The notes beneath the pieces were generated by a model. That model made no database searches, was not told the origin of the DNA, and saw only the letters and a list, made by a program, of their open reading frames with translations. From an uncultured Bacteroidota bacterium (GTDB taxonomy: Bacteria; Bacteroidota; Bacteroidia; Flavobacteriales; Flavobacteriaceae): 64,000 bases of DNA. Position numbers and translations under genes: made by a program. This document shows, one piece after another, positions 46,898 to 58,335 of this stretch. Each line of letters begins with the position of its first letter. The first letter of the stretch is position 1. The DNA is taken from assembly GCA_902515565.1 (NCBI GenBank), contig CABXVR010000005.1, positions 7,745 through 71,744 of the forward strand, in the 5' to 3' direction.

Positions 46898-48439
46898 TCA
46901 CATTGCTAAAAGAGTTGGATTGAAACTAACCTTGTCTTTAATATATTTTTCAATATCAGTTAAGGGAATTCTAACTTGTTGCATAGAGTCTCTTTCACGA
47001 ATAGTTATTGTATTATCGTCTTTTGTTTGATGGTCGACAGTAATACAATAAGGAGTTCCAATAGCATCTTGTCTTCTATATCTTCTACCAACAGCATCTT
47101 TCTCATCGTATGTCACATTAAATTCTAACTTAAGAGTGTTATAAATATCTTTAGCTATTTGAGGTAAACCATCTTTTTTAACAAGTGGAAGTAGTGCAAC
47201 TTTGTATGGGCAAAGAAATGGGGGTATTTTTAACACAGTTCTTGTTGTGTTATTGTCCAACATTTCTTCTTTCAATGAATTAGACAAAATTGCCAAAAAC
47301 ATCCTATCTAAACCAATTGAGGTTTCAACAACACATGGTGTATAACTTTCTTTTAGTTCATTATCATAGTACTGAAGTTTTTTTCCTGAAAACTCTTGAT
47401 GCTGCTTTAAATCAAAATCCGTTCTTGAGTGTATCCCTTCTAATTCTTTAAATCCAAATGGGAAATTAAATTCTATATCACTTGCTGCATCTGCATAATG
47501 AGCTAATTTTTCATGATCATGAAAACGATAATTATCTTCTCCCATTCCTAAGGACAGATGCCATTTCATTCTAGTTTCTTTCCATTTTTTGTACCAATCA
47601 GCTTGGGTTCCTGGTTTAACAAAAAATTGCATTTCCATTTGCTCAAATTCTCTCATTCTAAATATAAATTGTCTAGCAACAATTTCATTTCTAAATGCTT
47701 TACCTGTTTGAGCAATTCCAAATGGGATTTTCATTCTACCTGTTTTTTGAACATTGAGAAAATTGACAAAAATACCTTGTGCTGTTTCAGGTCTTAAAAA
47801 AAGATCTGTTGCGGTATCAGCAGAAGCTCCAAGTTTTGTCCCAAACATCAAATTAAATTGCTTTACATCAGTCCAGTTTTTACTACCAGAAATAGGGCAA
47901 ACAATCTCTAGTTCGATAATTAGATTTCTGACATCTTCTAAATCTTCATTTTCTAATGATTTAGCAAGTCTTGATAAAATATCACTAATTTTATTATTAT
48001 AACCAATAATTCTAGGGTTGGTATTAATAAACTGCTCTTTATCAAAACTATCACCAAATCGTTTTGTGGCCTTTTTTATTTCTTTCTCTATTTTTCCTTC
48101 GATTTTAGCACAATAATCTTCTACAAGAACATCTGCTCTATATCTTTTTTTAGAATCCTTATTATCAATTAATGGATCATTAAAAGCATCAACATGTCCA
48201 GAAGCTTTCCATACAGTTGGATGCATTAAAACGGCCGAGTCAATTCCTACAATGTTATCATGCATTTGGACCATAGATTTCCACCAATATTGTCTAATAT
48301 TATTTTTAAGCTCTACTCCATTTTGAGCATAATCATATACCGCACTTAATCCATCATAAATTTCACTACTTTGAAAAATAAATCCGTATTCTTTTGCGTG
48401 AGAAATTACACTTTTAAACTTATCTAAATTTAAACTCAT
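46898..48439 (-). CDS. glyQS: Glycine--tRNA ligase (homodimeric class II type)
   Basis: 513 aa with class II motifs (FRNEI, RMREFEQMEMQFF, GIGLDR-like SIGLDRM) and a C-terminal anticodon-binding domain. Confidence 0.92.
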   Translation of the reverse strand: MSLNLDKFKSVISHAKEYGFIFQSSEIYDGLSAVYDYAQNGVELKNNIRQYWWKSMVQMHDNIVGIDSAVLMHPTVWKASGHVDAFNDPLIDNKDSKKRYRADVLVEDYCAKIEGKIEKEIKKATKRFGDSFDKEQFINTNPRIIGYNNKISDILSRLAKSLENEDLEDVRNLIIELEIVCPISGSKNWTDVKQFNLMFGTKLGASADTATDLFLRPETAQGIFVNFLNVQKTGRMKIPFGIAQTGKAFRNEIVARQFIFRMREFEQMEMQFFVKPGTQADWYKKWKETRMKWHLSLGMGEDNYRFHDHEKLAHYADAASDIEFNFPFGFKELEGIHSRTDFDLKQHQEFSGKKLQYYDNELKESYTPCVVETSIGLDRMFLAILSNSLKEEMLDNNTTRTVLKIPPFLCPYKVALLPLVKKDGLPQIAKDIYNTLKLEFNVTYDEKDAVGRRYRRQDAIGTPYCITVDHQTKDDNTITIRERDSMQQVRIPLTDIEKYIKDKVSFNPTLLAM

Positions 48440-48524
48440 AATGTAAAAATATGAAACCCTTTTGAACTAAAGGAACGGTTTTTTGAAAATTATACGTTAA
48501 TTTGTATTTAATCTAATAAAAGAG

Positions 48525-50135
48525 GTGAGAAAAATAAAAAAATTATTCCTTTTTACAATTTTGTTTCTCTATTTAGCAAGTTGTGCAAATAGAGGAACAC
48601 CGTCTGGTGGAGAAATAGATGAAACACCGCCCTCTATAACAAAATCTAGTCCAGAAAACTATACTTTAAACTTTAGGTCAAATGAAATAAGAGTGTATTT
48701 TGATGAATATATAAAATTTAAAAACTTACAAAAGTATTTAATTATATCTCCTCCAATTGATCCAGTTCCAGAAATAACTCCACTTGGAACAGCTAGTAAA
48801 TATTTAGAGATTAAATTTCAAGATTCTTTAAAATTAAACACTACTTATGTATTTAATTTTGGTGAAAGTATTGTAGACAATAATGCAGACAATGTGTTTT
48901 CAAACTATAAATACATTTTATCAACGGGTAAATATATTGACTCTCTAAAGATAAGTGGTAACCTCCAGGATGCTTTAGAAATGTCTAATCCGAAAGATAT
49001 TGATGTTATGCTATACGAGATTGTCAGCAGTACAACTGACTCTATTATTTATAAGTCAAAGCCAAAATATATAACCAAGTTAGTTGATAGTACTGGCCAA
49101 TTTAATTTAGAAAATTTAAAAGAAGGAAAATATAAATTAATAGCCTTGAAAGAAGAAAACAAGGATTATATATATCAAAATGAGAATGATAAAATTGCAT
49201 TTTATAACCAAATAATAACTCTACCAAAAGATACTGGAAATTATAATTTAAAATTATTCAAAGAAAATTTAGATTTCAAATTTGGTAGACCAAAACATTC
49301 ATCTAAAAATTCTATTTCTTTTGGATTTAGTGGAATATTAGAAAACTATAAAATTGATTTGATCTCAGATGTAGATGATACATTTAAAAGTAAAATAATT
49401 TTTGGTGATCAGGATGTTAAAGACACTTTGTATTATTGGTATAATAGTATCAAAGAATTAGACTCCTTAAAATTTGTAGTTAGAAATAATGATTTAATTG
49501 ATACAATGTCTGTAAAATTAAGAAATTCAAATATTGACACTCTAAAAATTAAACCACTGCAAAATAATTATATCTCATTTTTAGAGAATATACAATTTCA
49601 CGCTAACACTCCTTTTGATGAAATTGATACAACGAAGATTAGTCTAATTAACAAAGACTCTATAAAAGTTGATTTTGAAATATCATTAGATACACTACAA
49701 AATACCTATAGTTTTAATTTTGAAAAACTTGAAGAGGAAGATTATAATTTTCAATTTTTGCCTGGTAGCTTTACGGATTTATATAAGACTACAAATGACA
49801 CTTTAAATTATTCATATAAAACTAAAACATATGATGATTATGGAAATTTAAGACTTACCTTAAGAAATGTTAATTATCCTGCTATTGTTCAATTAACTAC
49901 CAAAACAGGGGAAGTTAAATATGAAAAAATAATATCTGCTCAAGGAAATATTGATTTTAAGCATGTTATACCTAATAAATATTATGTAAGGGTAATTTTT
50001 GACAAAAATAAAAATGGCAAATATGACCCTGGAAATTACTTAAGTAATTATTATTCTGAGAGAGTAAGTCATTTAGATGAAGAACTAGATATTCGAGCGG
50101 GTTGGGATTTAGTTCAAGAGTTTATTTTAAAATAA
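48525..50135 (+). CDS. Ig-like (SbsA/Big_5-type) domain lipoprotein
   Basis: GTG start. Lipobox LASCANRGTPSGGEIDETPP followed by the ITKSSPEN...NFRSNEIRVYFDEYI pattern typical of this Bacteroidota lipoprotein family. Confidence 0.6.
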   Translation: MRKIKKLFLFTILFLYLASCANRGTPSGGEIDETPPSITKSSPENYTLNFRSNEIRVYFDEYIKFKNLQKYLIISPPIDPVPEITPLGTASKYLEIKFQDSLKLNTTYVFNFGESIVDNNADNVFSNYKYILSTGKYIDSLKISGNLQDALEMSNPKDIDVMLYEIVSSTTDSIIYKSKPKYITKLVDSTGQFNLENLKEGKYKLIALKEENKDYIYQNENDKIAFYNQIITLPKDTGNYNLKLFKENLDFKFGRPKHSSKNSISFGFSGILENYKIDLISDVDDTFKSKIIFGDQDVKDTLYYWYNSIKELDSLKFVVRNNDLIDTMSVKLRNSNIDTLKIKPLQNNYISFLENIQFHANTPFDEIDTTKISLINKDSIKVDFEISLDTLQNTYSFNFEKLEEEDYNFQFLPGSFTDLYKTTNDTLNYSYKTKTYDDYGNLRLTLRNVNYPAIVQLTTKTGEVKYEKIISAQGNIDFKHVIPNKYYVRVIFDKNKNGKYDPGNYLSNYYSERVSHLDEELDIRAGWDLVQEFILK

Positions 50136-50139
50136 AACA

Positions 50140-50883
50140 TTATAATACCTTAGATTTCATTAATTCCCTATTCATTCTTGCTATATTATCTAAAGAGATT
50201 CCTTTTGGACACTCAACTTCACATGCTCCAGTATTTGAGCAATTTCCAAATCCTTCTAAATCCATTTGATCAATCATTTTGACAACTCTATCTGCAGCCT
50301 CAACTTTTCCTTGAGGTAAAAGGGCGTATTGAGAAACTTTAGCGCCAACAAATAACATTGCTGAAGAATTTTTACAAGTAGCAACACATGCACCACAACC
50401 AATACAAGTTGCTGCATCAAATGCAGAGTCTGCATCCGTTTTATTGATTGGAATTGAATTAGCATCTTGTGTGTTACCAGATGTATTTACTGAAATATAT
50501 CCTCCTGCATGTTGAATTCTATCAAATGCACTTCTATCAACAACAAGATCTTTAATTACGGGAAAAGAAGTAGCTCTAAATGGCTCTATATAAATTGTAT
50601 CTCCGTCTTTAAATTTTCTCATGTGTAGCTGACAAGTTGTAATAGCTCTATCAGGTCCGTGAGCTTGACCGTTGATATATAACGAGCATGATCCACAAAT
50701 TCCTTCTCTGCAATCGTGATCAAATGACACAGGAGATTCATCATTTTTAATTAATGTAGAATTTAAAACATCTAACATCTCTAAAAAAGACATATCTGGT
50801 GATATATTATCTACATTATAATTCACAATACTTCCCTTAGAAGTTGAATTTTTCTGACGCCAAATTTTAAGTTTTAATTTCAT
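50140..50883 (-). CDS. sdhB: Succinate dehydrogenase/fumarate reductase iron-sulfur subunit
   Basis: Three Cys clusters: [20 protein letters not shown] and [12 protein letters not shown]. Confidence 0.93.
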   Translation of the reverse strand: MKLKLKIWRQKNSTSKGSIVNYNVDNISPDMSFLEMLDVLNSTLIKNDESPVSFDHDCREGICGSCSLYINGQAHGPDRAITTCQLHMRKFKDGDTIYIEPFRATSFPVIKDLVVDRSAFDRIQHAGGYISVNTSGNTQDANSIPINKTDADSAFDAATCIGCGACVATCKNSSAMLFVGAKVSQYALLPQGKVEAADRVVKMIDQMDLEGFGNCSNTGACEVECPKGISLDNIARMNRELMKSKVL

Positions 50884-50889
50884 AAATTC

Positions 50890-53199
50890 TTATTTATAAC
50901 TTCTTTCTTTAACTTCAATATCATTATAATTTAATTCTTCTTTGTGCAATATAGCATCCTTAGGCTCACCTGTATATTCCCAAGCAGAAACAAATTGATA
51001 GTTTTTATCTCTCATTGCTTCACCTTCAGCAGTTTGGTACTCATCTCTAAAATGACCACCACAGGATTCTTCTCTCGATAAAGCATCTTTGGCAAAAAGT
51101 TCTCCTAACTCTAAAAAGTCAGCTACTCTACCCGCTTTAGCAAGCTCTTCATTAAACTCATCCTTTGAACCAGGAACCTTGACTTCTTTCCAAAAAAGTT
51201 TTCTTAGCTCAGATATTTCATTAATTGCTTCGTTTAATTCCTTAGAATTTCTAGCCATTCCGCATTTGTTCCACATTATCTTACCAAGTTTTTTGTGAAA
51301 ATAATCAACCGAATGTTTTCCTTTATTATTTACAAAGAAGTCTAATTTTTTAATTGCTTCTGACTCAGCATTTTCAAATTCAATTGTATCCGTTGGAATA
51401 GGTCCCGTTGAAATATCATCGGATAGATAATCACCAATTGTGTAAGGTAATACAAAGTATCCATCAGCTAAACCTTGCATTAATGCTGAAGCACCTAATC
51501 TGTTTGCACCATGATCGGAAAAATTAGCTTCTCCAATTGCATATAATCCAGGAATAGTAGTCATCAAATTGTAATCAACCCAGATTCCACCCATAGTATA
51601 ATGAACAGCAGGATAAATCATCATCGGAGTTTTATAAGGATTTTGATCAACTATCTTTTCATACATCTGAAATAAATTTCCATATTTCTTTTTTATAACC
51701 GATGTTCCTAATTTATTGACTAAATCTTGATTTGACTCATCTTCTCCGTTAATATGGGCTTGTTCTTTACCATACCTTATTATTGCAGCTGCGAAGTCTA
51801 AATAAACTGCTTCTCCTGTTGTATTAACACCAAATCCTGCATCACATCTTTCTTTGGCTGCTCTGGAGGCTACATCACGAGGAACAAGATTCCCAAAAGC
51901 AGGATATCTTCTTTCAAGAAAATAATCTCGATTATCTTCACTAATTTCTAGTGGAGTTATTTTACCTTCACGAATAGAAACTGCATCTTTTTTATTTTTT
52001 GGAACCCAAATTCTTCCGTCATTTCTCAGAGACTCTGACATTAGTGTAAGCTTGGATTGGTGATCTCCTGAAACTGGAATACAAGTTGGATGAATTTGAG
52101 TAAAACATGGATTGGCAAAATAAGCACCGCGTTTGTGAGCTTTCCATGCAGCAGTTACATTGCTGCCCATAGCGTTTGTAGATAAATAAAAGACGTTTCC
52201 ATATCCTCCTGAACCAAGAACAACTGCATGAGCAGAGTGTCTTTCTACTGCTCCTGTTATTAGGTTTCTAGTAATAATTCCTCTAGCCTTTCCATCAACT
52301 AAAACAACATCAAGCATTTCATGTCTATTATACATTTTAATCTTACCTCTACTAATTTGTCTGTTCATAGCAGAGTAAGCTCCCAGCAATAATTGCTGTC
52401 CTGTTTGTCCTTTAGCATAAAAAGTTCGAGAAACTAATACTCCTCCAAAGGATCTATTATCTAATAAACCACCGTAGTCTCTAGCAAAAGGGACTCCTTG
52501 AGCAACACATTGATCTATAATATTTGTTGATACTTCAGCTAACCTGTAAACATTGGATTCTCTTGATCTATAATCACCTCCTTTAACAGTATCATAAAAG
52601 AGTCTATAAGTTGAATCACCATCACCTTGATAGTTCTTAGCAGCGTTAATGCCTCCTTGTGCTGCGATAGAATGAGCACGACGTGGTGAATCTTGAAAAC
52701 AAAAAGCTTTAACATTATAACCAAGTTCAGCTAAAGTAGCAGCAGCAGAACCGCCAGCAAGTCCAGTTCCAACAACAATAATATCAATAAGTCTTTTGTT
52801 TGCAGGATTGACTAGGTTAATATTATTTTTGTGATTAGTCCATTTGTCTTTAATAGCACCTTTGGGTTCATTCGATATTAATTTTGGGCTAAACTTTAGT
52901 TTGGGGCTTGATTGTAACTCCTTTAAATATTGTTCGAAATTTTTAGCAGCTTGTTCAATTAATGAATTTTTGGACTTGAAATCTTTATCAGATTTCATAA
53001 TGGGTGATCTGCAATCCTTTTTATGCCAATTAGTATCCCAATCTTTTAATTTACATTTAACACCAGTGCTTTTCTTAATGATTTTGGGAGTGCAATTATT
53101 CACTTTATGGTAATACCTAACACAAACAAGCAGTTGTTCATCGGGTGAATATTCTTCTTTAGGTTTTCTATAATTTAGAGAATAAGTAATTTTATTCAT
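50890..53199 (-). CDS. sdhA: Succinate dehydrogenase/fumarate reductase flavoprotein subunit, ORF carries a non-homologous N-terminal extension of about 104 aa
   Basis: From about residue 105 onward this is a canonical Bacteroidota SdhA ([46 protein letters not shown]). The only in-frame ATG/GTG/TTG codons upstream of the FAD-binding motif are at 53199 and 52998. Confidence 0.85.
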   Translation of the reverse strand: MNKITYSLNYRKPKEEYSPDEQLLVCVRYYHKVNNCTPKIIKKSTGVKCKLKDWDTNWHKKDCRSPIMKSDKDFKSKNSLIEQAAKNFEQYLKELQSSPKLKFSPKLISNEPKGAIKDKWTNHKNNINLVNPANKRLIDIIVVGTGLAGGSAAATLAELGYNVKAFCFQDSPRRAHSIAAQGGINAAKNYQGDGDSTYRLFYDTVKGGDYRSRESNVYRLAEVSTNIIDQCVAQGVPFARDYGGLLDNRSFGGVLVSRTFYAKGQTGQQLLLGAYSAMNRQISRGKIKMYNRHEMLDVVLVDGKARGIITRNLITGAVERHSAHAVVLGSGGYGNVFYLSTNAMGSNVTAAWKAHKRGAYFANPCFTQIHPTCIPVSGDHQSKLTLMSESLRNDGRIWVPKNKKDAVSIREGKITPLEISEDNRDYFLERRYPAFGNLVPRDVASRAAKERCDAGFGVNTTGEAVYLDFAAAIIRYGKEQAHINGEDESNQDLVNKLGTSVIKKKYGNLFQMYEKIVDQNPYKTPMMIYPAVHYTMGGIWVDYNLMTTIPGLYAIGEANFSDHGANRLGASALMQGLADGYFVLPYTIGDYLSDDISTGPIPTDTIEFENAESEAIKKLDFFVNNKGKHSVDYFHKKLGKIMWNKCGMARNSKELNEAINEISELRKLFWKEVKVPGSKDEFNEELAKAGRVADFLELGELFAKDALSREESCGGHFRDEYQTAEGEAMRDKNYQFVSAWEYTGEPKDAILHKEELNYNDIEVKERSYK
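52888..53199 (-). pseudogene. Possible remnant of a tyrosine-integrase N-terminal arm-type DNA-binding domain, fused in frame to sdhA
   Basis: [14 protein letters not shown]...LLVCVRYY...[20 protein letters not shown]...[20 protein letters not shown] resembles by eye the Bacteroidota integrase Arm domain pattern (F.LR..K......L.R......STGIK....WD...Q.....N..L..I). No catalytic domain follows. Confidence 0.35.
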
Positions 53200-53269
53200 A
53201 AGTTGATTTGATTATGTGTTACAAAATTAATTAAAAAAAATTTAACACGCACTTGGTTATAAATTATAA

Positions 53270-53941
53270 TTAATGATTAAAAAAATGAAATAAAGCAATG
53301 AAAACAAAACCCAATGGAATACAGATTGAGTAGAGATAACTTAGATTTTGCAAAAGTTTTTTTCTACCAACAGTAGATCCCATTGATTGAAACGCAGAAG
53401 TAAATCCATGCAATAAATGCAGAGATAAAAAGCAAAAAGCAATACAATAAAATATCACTCTGGGTCCGTAAGAAAACTTATGTTGTAACTCTGTAAAATA
53501 TCTGAATTCTCCATTATGTAAACCGGACCAATCATTAAGAATAAACTTAGTATTAATTTCTGGAAACCAGAAATCTATAAAATGTAAAACCATGAACGAT
53601 AATATCGCTAGTCCACTCCAAATCATATTTCTACTCATCCACGAAGAATTAGCACCTCCGTTGTTGTATGCATATTTAACTTTGGAAGATCTATTATTTC
53701 TAAATTCTAAAATAAAACCCATTACAAAATGAAAAATAACACCAAATATTAGGATAGGTTGAAGCACAAATTGAACTAGTGGGTTGGTACCCATAAAATG
53801 GGATATTTGATTAAAAATTTCAGCACTAAATACAGAAGTAAGATTAATTGCGAAATGTTGTAACAGAAAAACCATTAAAAAAATAGCTGATAGAGCCATA
53901 GAAACTTTTCTCGCAATTGATGAATCAAAAAATAGTGACAT
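53270..53941 (-). CDS. sdhC: Succinate dehydrogenase cytochrome b subunit (b558 family)
   Basis: 223 aa, 5 TM segments, conserved His residues (LQHFAINL, FHFVMG, LHFIDFW, LHLLHG). First gene of sdhCAB. Confidence 0.85.
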   Translation of the reverse strand: MSLFFDSSIARKVSMALSAIFLMVFLLQHFAINLTSVFSAEIFNQISHFMGTNPLVQFVLQPILIFGVIFHFVMGFILEFRNNRSSKVKYAYNNGGANSSWMSRNMIWSGLAILSFMVLHFIDFWFPEINTKFILNDWSGLHNGEFRYFTELQHKFSYGPRVIFYCIAFCFLSLHLLHGFTSAFQSMGSTVGRKKLLQNLSYLYSICIPLGFVFIALFHFFNH

Positions 53942-54051
53942 TTGTTTTATAATTAAATATATTAACTACAAAAGTAACACTGAAAAAAATGTTACACAAG
54001 AAAAAAATCTATTTATAATGATTATAAAAAATAAATCAAAAAGAATATTAT

Positions 54052-54059
54052 TACATTTG
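54052..54059 (+). promoter_or_regulatory. Candidate -7 box (TACATTTG) for pepP
   Basis: TAnnTTTG match 19 nt upstream of the ATG at 54079. I see no clear -33 element. Confidence 0.3.
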
Positions 54060-54078
54060 AAATATAAATAATAAAAAT

Positions 54079-55374
54079 ATGAAGTACGAATCAATTGACT
54101 GTAAGCTATTTATAAAAAATAGAGCAAACTTTTCTAAAGAAATGAAAAAAAATAGCATTGCTTTTTTTAATTCAAATGACATATATCCAGTAAGTGCCGA
54201 CTCAACATTACCGTTTGAACAACACCGAGATATTTTCTATTTAAGTGGTATTGATCAAGAAGAAAGTGTACTAGTTTTAAATCCAGATAATCCCAACCCA
54301 GATTTAAGAGAAATATTATTTTTAAAAGAAACTAATGATCACATTGCGGTTTGGGAGGGGCCAAAAATAAATAAAAGTCAAGCTTTAAAAATAAGTGGAA
54401 TTAAAACAGTCTTTTGGTTAAGCGATTTAGAAAAAATTATTGATAAATTAATTAGTAGTTGTCAAAATATATACATCAACAAAAATGAACACTACCGAGC
54501 AAAAATTGAAACTGAAACTAGAGAAGCTCGATTTAATAGTTGGCTCGAAACTAAATATTCAAAGAAAAATAAAGAAAGAAGTAACCCAATTTTACAAAGA
54601 TTGAGGTCGATTAAAGATCCCAGAGAAATAAAACTCATACAGCAAGCTTGTGATATAACAAATAAAGGATTCAGAAGAATTTTAAGTTTTGTAAAGCCCG
54701 GAACTTGGGAATATGAAATTGAAGCAGAATTTATTCACGAGTTTTTAATCAATAGATCCAAAAAATTTGCCTACACACCTATTATTGCATCTGGAAATAA
54801 CGCAAACATTCTTCATTATATTGAAAACAATATGCAGTGTAAAGATGGTGATTTGATTCTTTTAGATGTAGGAGCTGAATACGCTAATTATTCAAGTGAC
54901 ATGACACGAACCATCCCTGTGAATGGAAAATTCAATGAAAGACAAAAAGCTGTCTACAACGCTGTTTTAAAAGTTAAAAATGAAGCCACTAAACTACTAG
55001 TCCCTGGAACTGACTGGGCTGAGTATCATATTGAGGTAGGGAAGCTAATGACATCTGAATTACTAGATTTAAAGTTATTAAATAAAGTAGATATTCAAAA
55101 TCAAACTAAAAAAATGCCTGCTTATAAAAAATACTTTATGCATGGCACATCACATCATATGGGTTTAGATACTCATGACTATGGTTTATTAGAAGAACCC
55201 ATGCAAGAAAATATGGTTTTCACTGTTGAACCTGGAATTTACTTGCCTGACGAAGGGTTTGGTATTAGGTTGGAAGATGATGTGGTTATACAAAAAACTG
55301 GTGAACCAATAAATTTGATGAAAAATATCCCAATTGAAATTGATGAAATTGAAAGCTTAATGAATTCTAATTAA
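54079..55374 (+). CDS. pepP: Xaa-Pro aminopeptidase (M24B)
   Basis: N-terminal AMP_N domain and M24 metal ligands (LLDVGAEY, SDMTRT, HGTSHHMGLDTHD, VEPGIY, RLEDDV). Confidence 0.88.
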   Translation: MKYESIDCKLFIKNRANFSKEMKKNSIAFFNSNDIYPVSADSTLPFEQHRDIFYLSGIDQEESVLVLNPDNPNPDLREILFLKETNDHIAVWEGPKINKSQALKISGIKTVFWLSDLEKIIDKLISSCQNIYINKNEHYRAKIETETREARFNSWLETKYSKKNKERSNPILQRLRSIKDPREIKLIQQACDITNKGFRRILSFVKPGTWEYEIEAEFIHEFLINRSKKFAYTPIIASGNNANILHYIENNMQCKDGDLILLDVGAEYANYSSDMTRTIPVNGKFNERQKAVYNAVLKVKNEATKLLVPGTDWAEYHIEVGKLMTSELLDLKLLNKVDIQNQTKKMPAYKKYFMHGTSHHMGLDTHDYGLLEEPMQENMVFTVEPGIYLPDEGFGIRLEDDVVIQKTGEPINLMKNIPIEIDEIESLMNSN

Positions 55375-56410
55375 TTGAATCCCAACCTTGTGCTTTTAGA
55401 GGTATTTTAGAATTTGATCTTGTCACAAGACTTGGTGTAGAATTTTTATCTGTCATATGACCAATAACTGTAAAATTTGGATTTGCCTTAATTTTTAAAT
55501 AATCTTGCTGAGAAATTGTGAACAATAACTCGTAATCTTCTCCTCCATTTAGAGCAATTGTAGTGCTGTCGACGTTGAATTCTTCACAAGTAGAAATTAA
55601 CTGAGGATCTATAGGGATTTTTTCTTCATACAGGTCACACCCAACACTGCTTTGACTACAGATATGCATGATTTCAGATGAAAGACCATCACTTATATCA
55701 ATCATTGAAGTAGGTTTGACGTCTAAATCTTTTAATAGTTTAATTATATCTCTTCTTGACTCTGGCTTAAGTTGTCTCTCAACTAGATACGTGTAATGGT
55801 CTAGCTCAGGCTGATTGTTAGGGTTTACTTTAAAGACTTCATTCTCGCGCTCAAGAACTTTGAGCCCCATATAAGCGCTTCCAAGATCACCAGTAACTAC
55901 TAATAAATCGTTTTGCTTAGCCCCATTTCTGTAGACTATATCTTTCTCATCAACTTCTCCAATCGCTGTAACAGAGATTGTCAAACCAGATGTTGAAGAA
56001 GTAGTATCACCACCAACTAAATCAACATTGTAAGCTTTAGTTGCTAATCTAATTCCAGAATAAAGTTCCTCAAGAGATTCAAGTGTAAATCTATTTGAAA
56101 CTGCTAATGAAACTGTAATTTGCGTTCCAATCGCATTCATTGCATTAATATCAGATAAATTGACCATAACAGCTTTATATCCTAGATGCTTCAAAGGAGT
56201 GTATGCAAGGTTAAAATGGACACCCTCAACTAGTAAATCTGTGGAAACAACTACTTTTTTTTTAATAAATGATAAAACAGCAGCATCATCTCCTATTCCT
56301 TTAGTGGTGCTTGAGTTTTTAATCTCAAAATTTTCAGTTAGCTTATCAATTAATTTAAATTCACCTAAGTCCTTTAAATTAGTTCTACTTGTATTTTTAT
56401 CTTCAATCAT
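55367..56410 (-). CDS. thiL: Thiamine-monophosphate kinase
   Basis: AIR synthase-related fold with GIGDDAAV, DLLVEGVHF, LSDINAMN, GGDTT and GGEDYELLFT motifs. Confidence 0.9.
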   Translation of the reverse strand: MIEDKNTSRTNLKDLGEFKLIDKLTENFEIKNSSTTKGIGDDAAVLSFIKKKVVVSTDLLVEGVHFNLAYTPLKHLGYKAVMVNLSDINAMNAIGTQITVSLAVSNRFTLESLEELYSGIRLATKAYNVDLVGGDTTSSTSGLTISVTAIGEVDEKDIVYRNGAKQNDLLVVTGDLGSAYMGLKVLERENEVFKVNPNNQPELDHYTYLVERQLKPESRRDIIKLLKDLDVKPTSMIDISDGLSSEIMHICSQSSVGCDLYEEKIPIDPQLISTCEEFNVDSTTIALNGGEDYELLFTISQQDYLKIKANPNFTVIGHMTDKNSTPSLVTRSNSKIPLKAQGWDSIN

Positions 56411-56498
56411 TTTACAAATTTAGTATTCTTTTAGAACATAGACTTTAATTCAATCATATAAATAGGTTAAATTTTATGTAAAAATAAGAGTTATATTG

Positions 56499-56506
56499 TA
56501 TATTTG
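56499..56506 (+). promoter_or_regulatory. Candidate -7 box (TATATTTG) for the suf operon
   Basis: TAnnTTTG match 31 nt upstream of the conserved sufA start at 56538. It lies inside the spurious N-terminal extension of the track ORF. Confidence 0.4.
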
Positions 56507-56537
56507 TATGCTAATATATTTTATACATATATTTATG

Positions 56538-56864
56538 ATTAAAATTTCTGATTTAGCGAAAAACAAAGTCATCGAGCTAATGTCTGACGATGGCTATAAC
56601 CCTGAAGAAGACTTTATTAGAGTTGGCGTTAAAAGTGGTGGATGCTCAGGGCTTTCCTATGATTTGAAATTTGATAAATACACAACTGAAGAAGATAAAA
56701 TATTTGAGGATAAAAATATAAAGATAGTGGTTGATAAAAAGAGTTTTTTATACCTAATTGGAACAACTTTAGAATACTCTGGTGGTCTTAACGGCACAGG
56801 ATTTGTTTTTTCAAATCCTAATGCAAATAGAACATGTGGTTGCGGAGAAAGTTTTTCACTTTAA
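56538..56864 (+). CDS. sufA: Fe-S cluster insertion/A-type carrier protein (IscA/SufA/ErpA family)
   Basis: MIKISDLAKNKV..., GGCSG and the C-terminal CGCGESF. The track ORF starts 14 codons earlier in AT-rich promoter sequence. Confidence 0.88.
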   Translation: MKISDLAKNKVIELMSDDGYNPEEDFIRVGVKSGGCSGLSYDLKFDKYTTEEDKIFEDKNIKIVVDKKSFLYLIGTTLEYSGGLNGTGFVFSNPNANRTCGCGESFSL

Positions 56865-56874
56865 ATAAAAAAAT

Positions 56875-58323
56875 ATGGCTAAATACACAGAAGACGATTT
56901 AAGAGAAGAGTTAAAAACAAAAGAATATGAGTATGGTTTTTATACCAAAATGGATTCTGACACATTCCCTGTTGGTCTAAATGAAAATATTGTAAAAGCT
57001 ATCTCTAAGAAAAAAAATGAGCCTGAATGGATGACGGATTGGAGGCTAAAAGCCTACAAAGTATGGAAAGAAATGAAAGAGCCTGACTGGGCAAATGTTA
57101 AATATGACAAACCTGATTTTCAAGCAATATCGTACTATTCAGCTCCATCAAACACACCAAAATACAATGATTTAAGTGAAGTTGACCCTGAATTACTGGC
57201 AACATTTAAAAAGCTTGGAATTTCTATTGACGAACAAAAAAAACTAAGCGGAGTTGCAATGGATGTAGTTATTGATTCAGTCTCTGTTGCTACAACATTT
57301 AAAAAAACTCTTTCAGAAAAAGGAATAATTTTTTGTTCAATCAGTGAAGCAATAAAAAATCATCCAAATTTAGTAAGAAAATATATTGGATCAGTAGTTC
57401 CTGTGAAAGATAATTATTATGCTGCCTTAAACTCAGCAGTTTTTAGTGATGGCTCATTTTGTTATATCCCCAAAGGAGTTAAATGTCCTATGGAACTTTC
57501 TACTTATTTTAGGATTAACCAAGCTGGTACAGGACAATTTGAGAGAACTCTTGTTATTGCAGATAAAGAAAGTTACGTGAGTTATCTTGAGGGTTGTACA
57601 GCACCTAGCAGAGATGAAAATCAACTGCACGCCGCTGTAGTTGAATTAATAGCTTTAGATGATTCTGAAATTAAATATAGTACAGTGCAAAATTGGTTTC
57701 CGGGAAGCCCAGATGGCAAAGGTGGAGTTTTTAATTTTGTTACAAAAAGAGGACTATGTGAAACCAATGCTAAAATATCTTGGACACAAGTTGAGACAGG
57801 TAGTGCTGTAACATGGAAATATCCTTCTTGCATACTAAAAGGTGACAATTCAATTGGAGAGTTTTATTCAATAGCAGTAACCAACAATTATCAACAAGCA
57901 GACACAGGAACAAAAATGATTCATATTGGGAAAAATACCAAGTCAACAATCATCTCAAAAGGCATTTCTGCAGGAAAGTCACAAAATAGCTATAGAGGTC
58001 TTGTAAAAATTAATTCCAGAGCTGAAAATGCTAGAAATTTTTCACAATGTGACAGTTTACTTATGGGCAATCAATGTGGTGCTCATACATTCCCCTACAT
58101 CGAAGCTAAAAATAAAACAGCACAGATTGAGCACGAGGCAACAACAAGTAAAATTGGTGAAGATCAAATTTTCTACTGTAATCAAAGGGGAATTGATACT
58201 GAAAAAGCAATAGCATTAATCGTTAATGGTTTTAGTAAAGACGTGTTAAATAAGCTACCAATGGAATTTGCTGTTGAAGCTCAAAAACTTTTGGAAATTT
58301 CACTTGAAGGCTCTGTCGGATAA
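56875..58323 (+). CDS. sufB: Fe-S cluster assembly protein SufB
   Basis: 482 aa with the typical SufB core ([35 protein letters not shown]). Confidence 0.95.
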   Translation: MAKYTEDDLREELKTKEYEYGFYTKMDSDTFPVGLNENIVKAISKKKNEPEWMTDWRLKAYKVWKEMKEPDWANVKYDKPDFQAISYYSAPSNTPKYNDLSEVDPELLATFKKLGISIDEQKKLSGVAMDVVIDSVSVATTFKKTLSEKGIIFCSISEAIKNHPNLVRKYIGSVVPVKDNYYAALNSAVFSDGSFCYIPKGVKCPMELSTYFRINQAGTGQFERTLVIADKESYVSYLEGCTAPSRDENQLHAAVVELIALDDSEIKYSTVQNWFPGSPDGKGGVFNFVTKRGLCETNAKISWTQVETGSAVTWKYPSCILKGDNSIGEFYSIAVTNNYQQADTGTKMIHIGKNTKSTIISKGISAGKSQNSYRGLVKINSRAENARNFSQCDSLLMGNQCGAHTFPYIEAKNKTAQIEHEATTSKIGEDQIFYCNQRGIDTEKAIALIVNGFSKDVLNKLPMEFAVEAQKLLEISLEGSVG

Positions 58324-58335
58324 AAATTTTTTAAT

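Noticed and set aside
46773-47030. An 85-aa Cys-rich ORF (MYKICNANVCIFIGILKCETIKNC…), partly in the glyQS/T9SS-cargo intergenic region, considered as a small secreted peptide.
   Set aside because: More than half of it overlaps the glyQS 3' end on the opposite strand. It starts at a GTG with no promoter-like context, and it has no signal peptide or known motif.
53960-53990. A short hairpin (GTAACA-CTGAAAAAAA-TGTTAC) in the divergent sdhC/pepP intergenic region, considered as a regulatory operator or terminator.
   Set aside because: It has only a 6-bp stem and sits between two divergent starts, where no terminator is expected. I cannot tie it to any known operator consensus.
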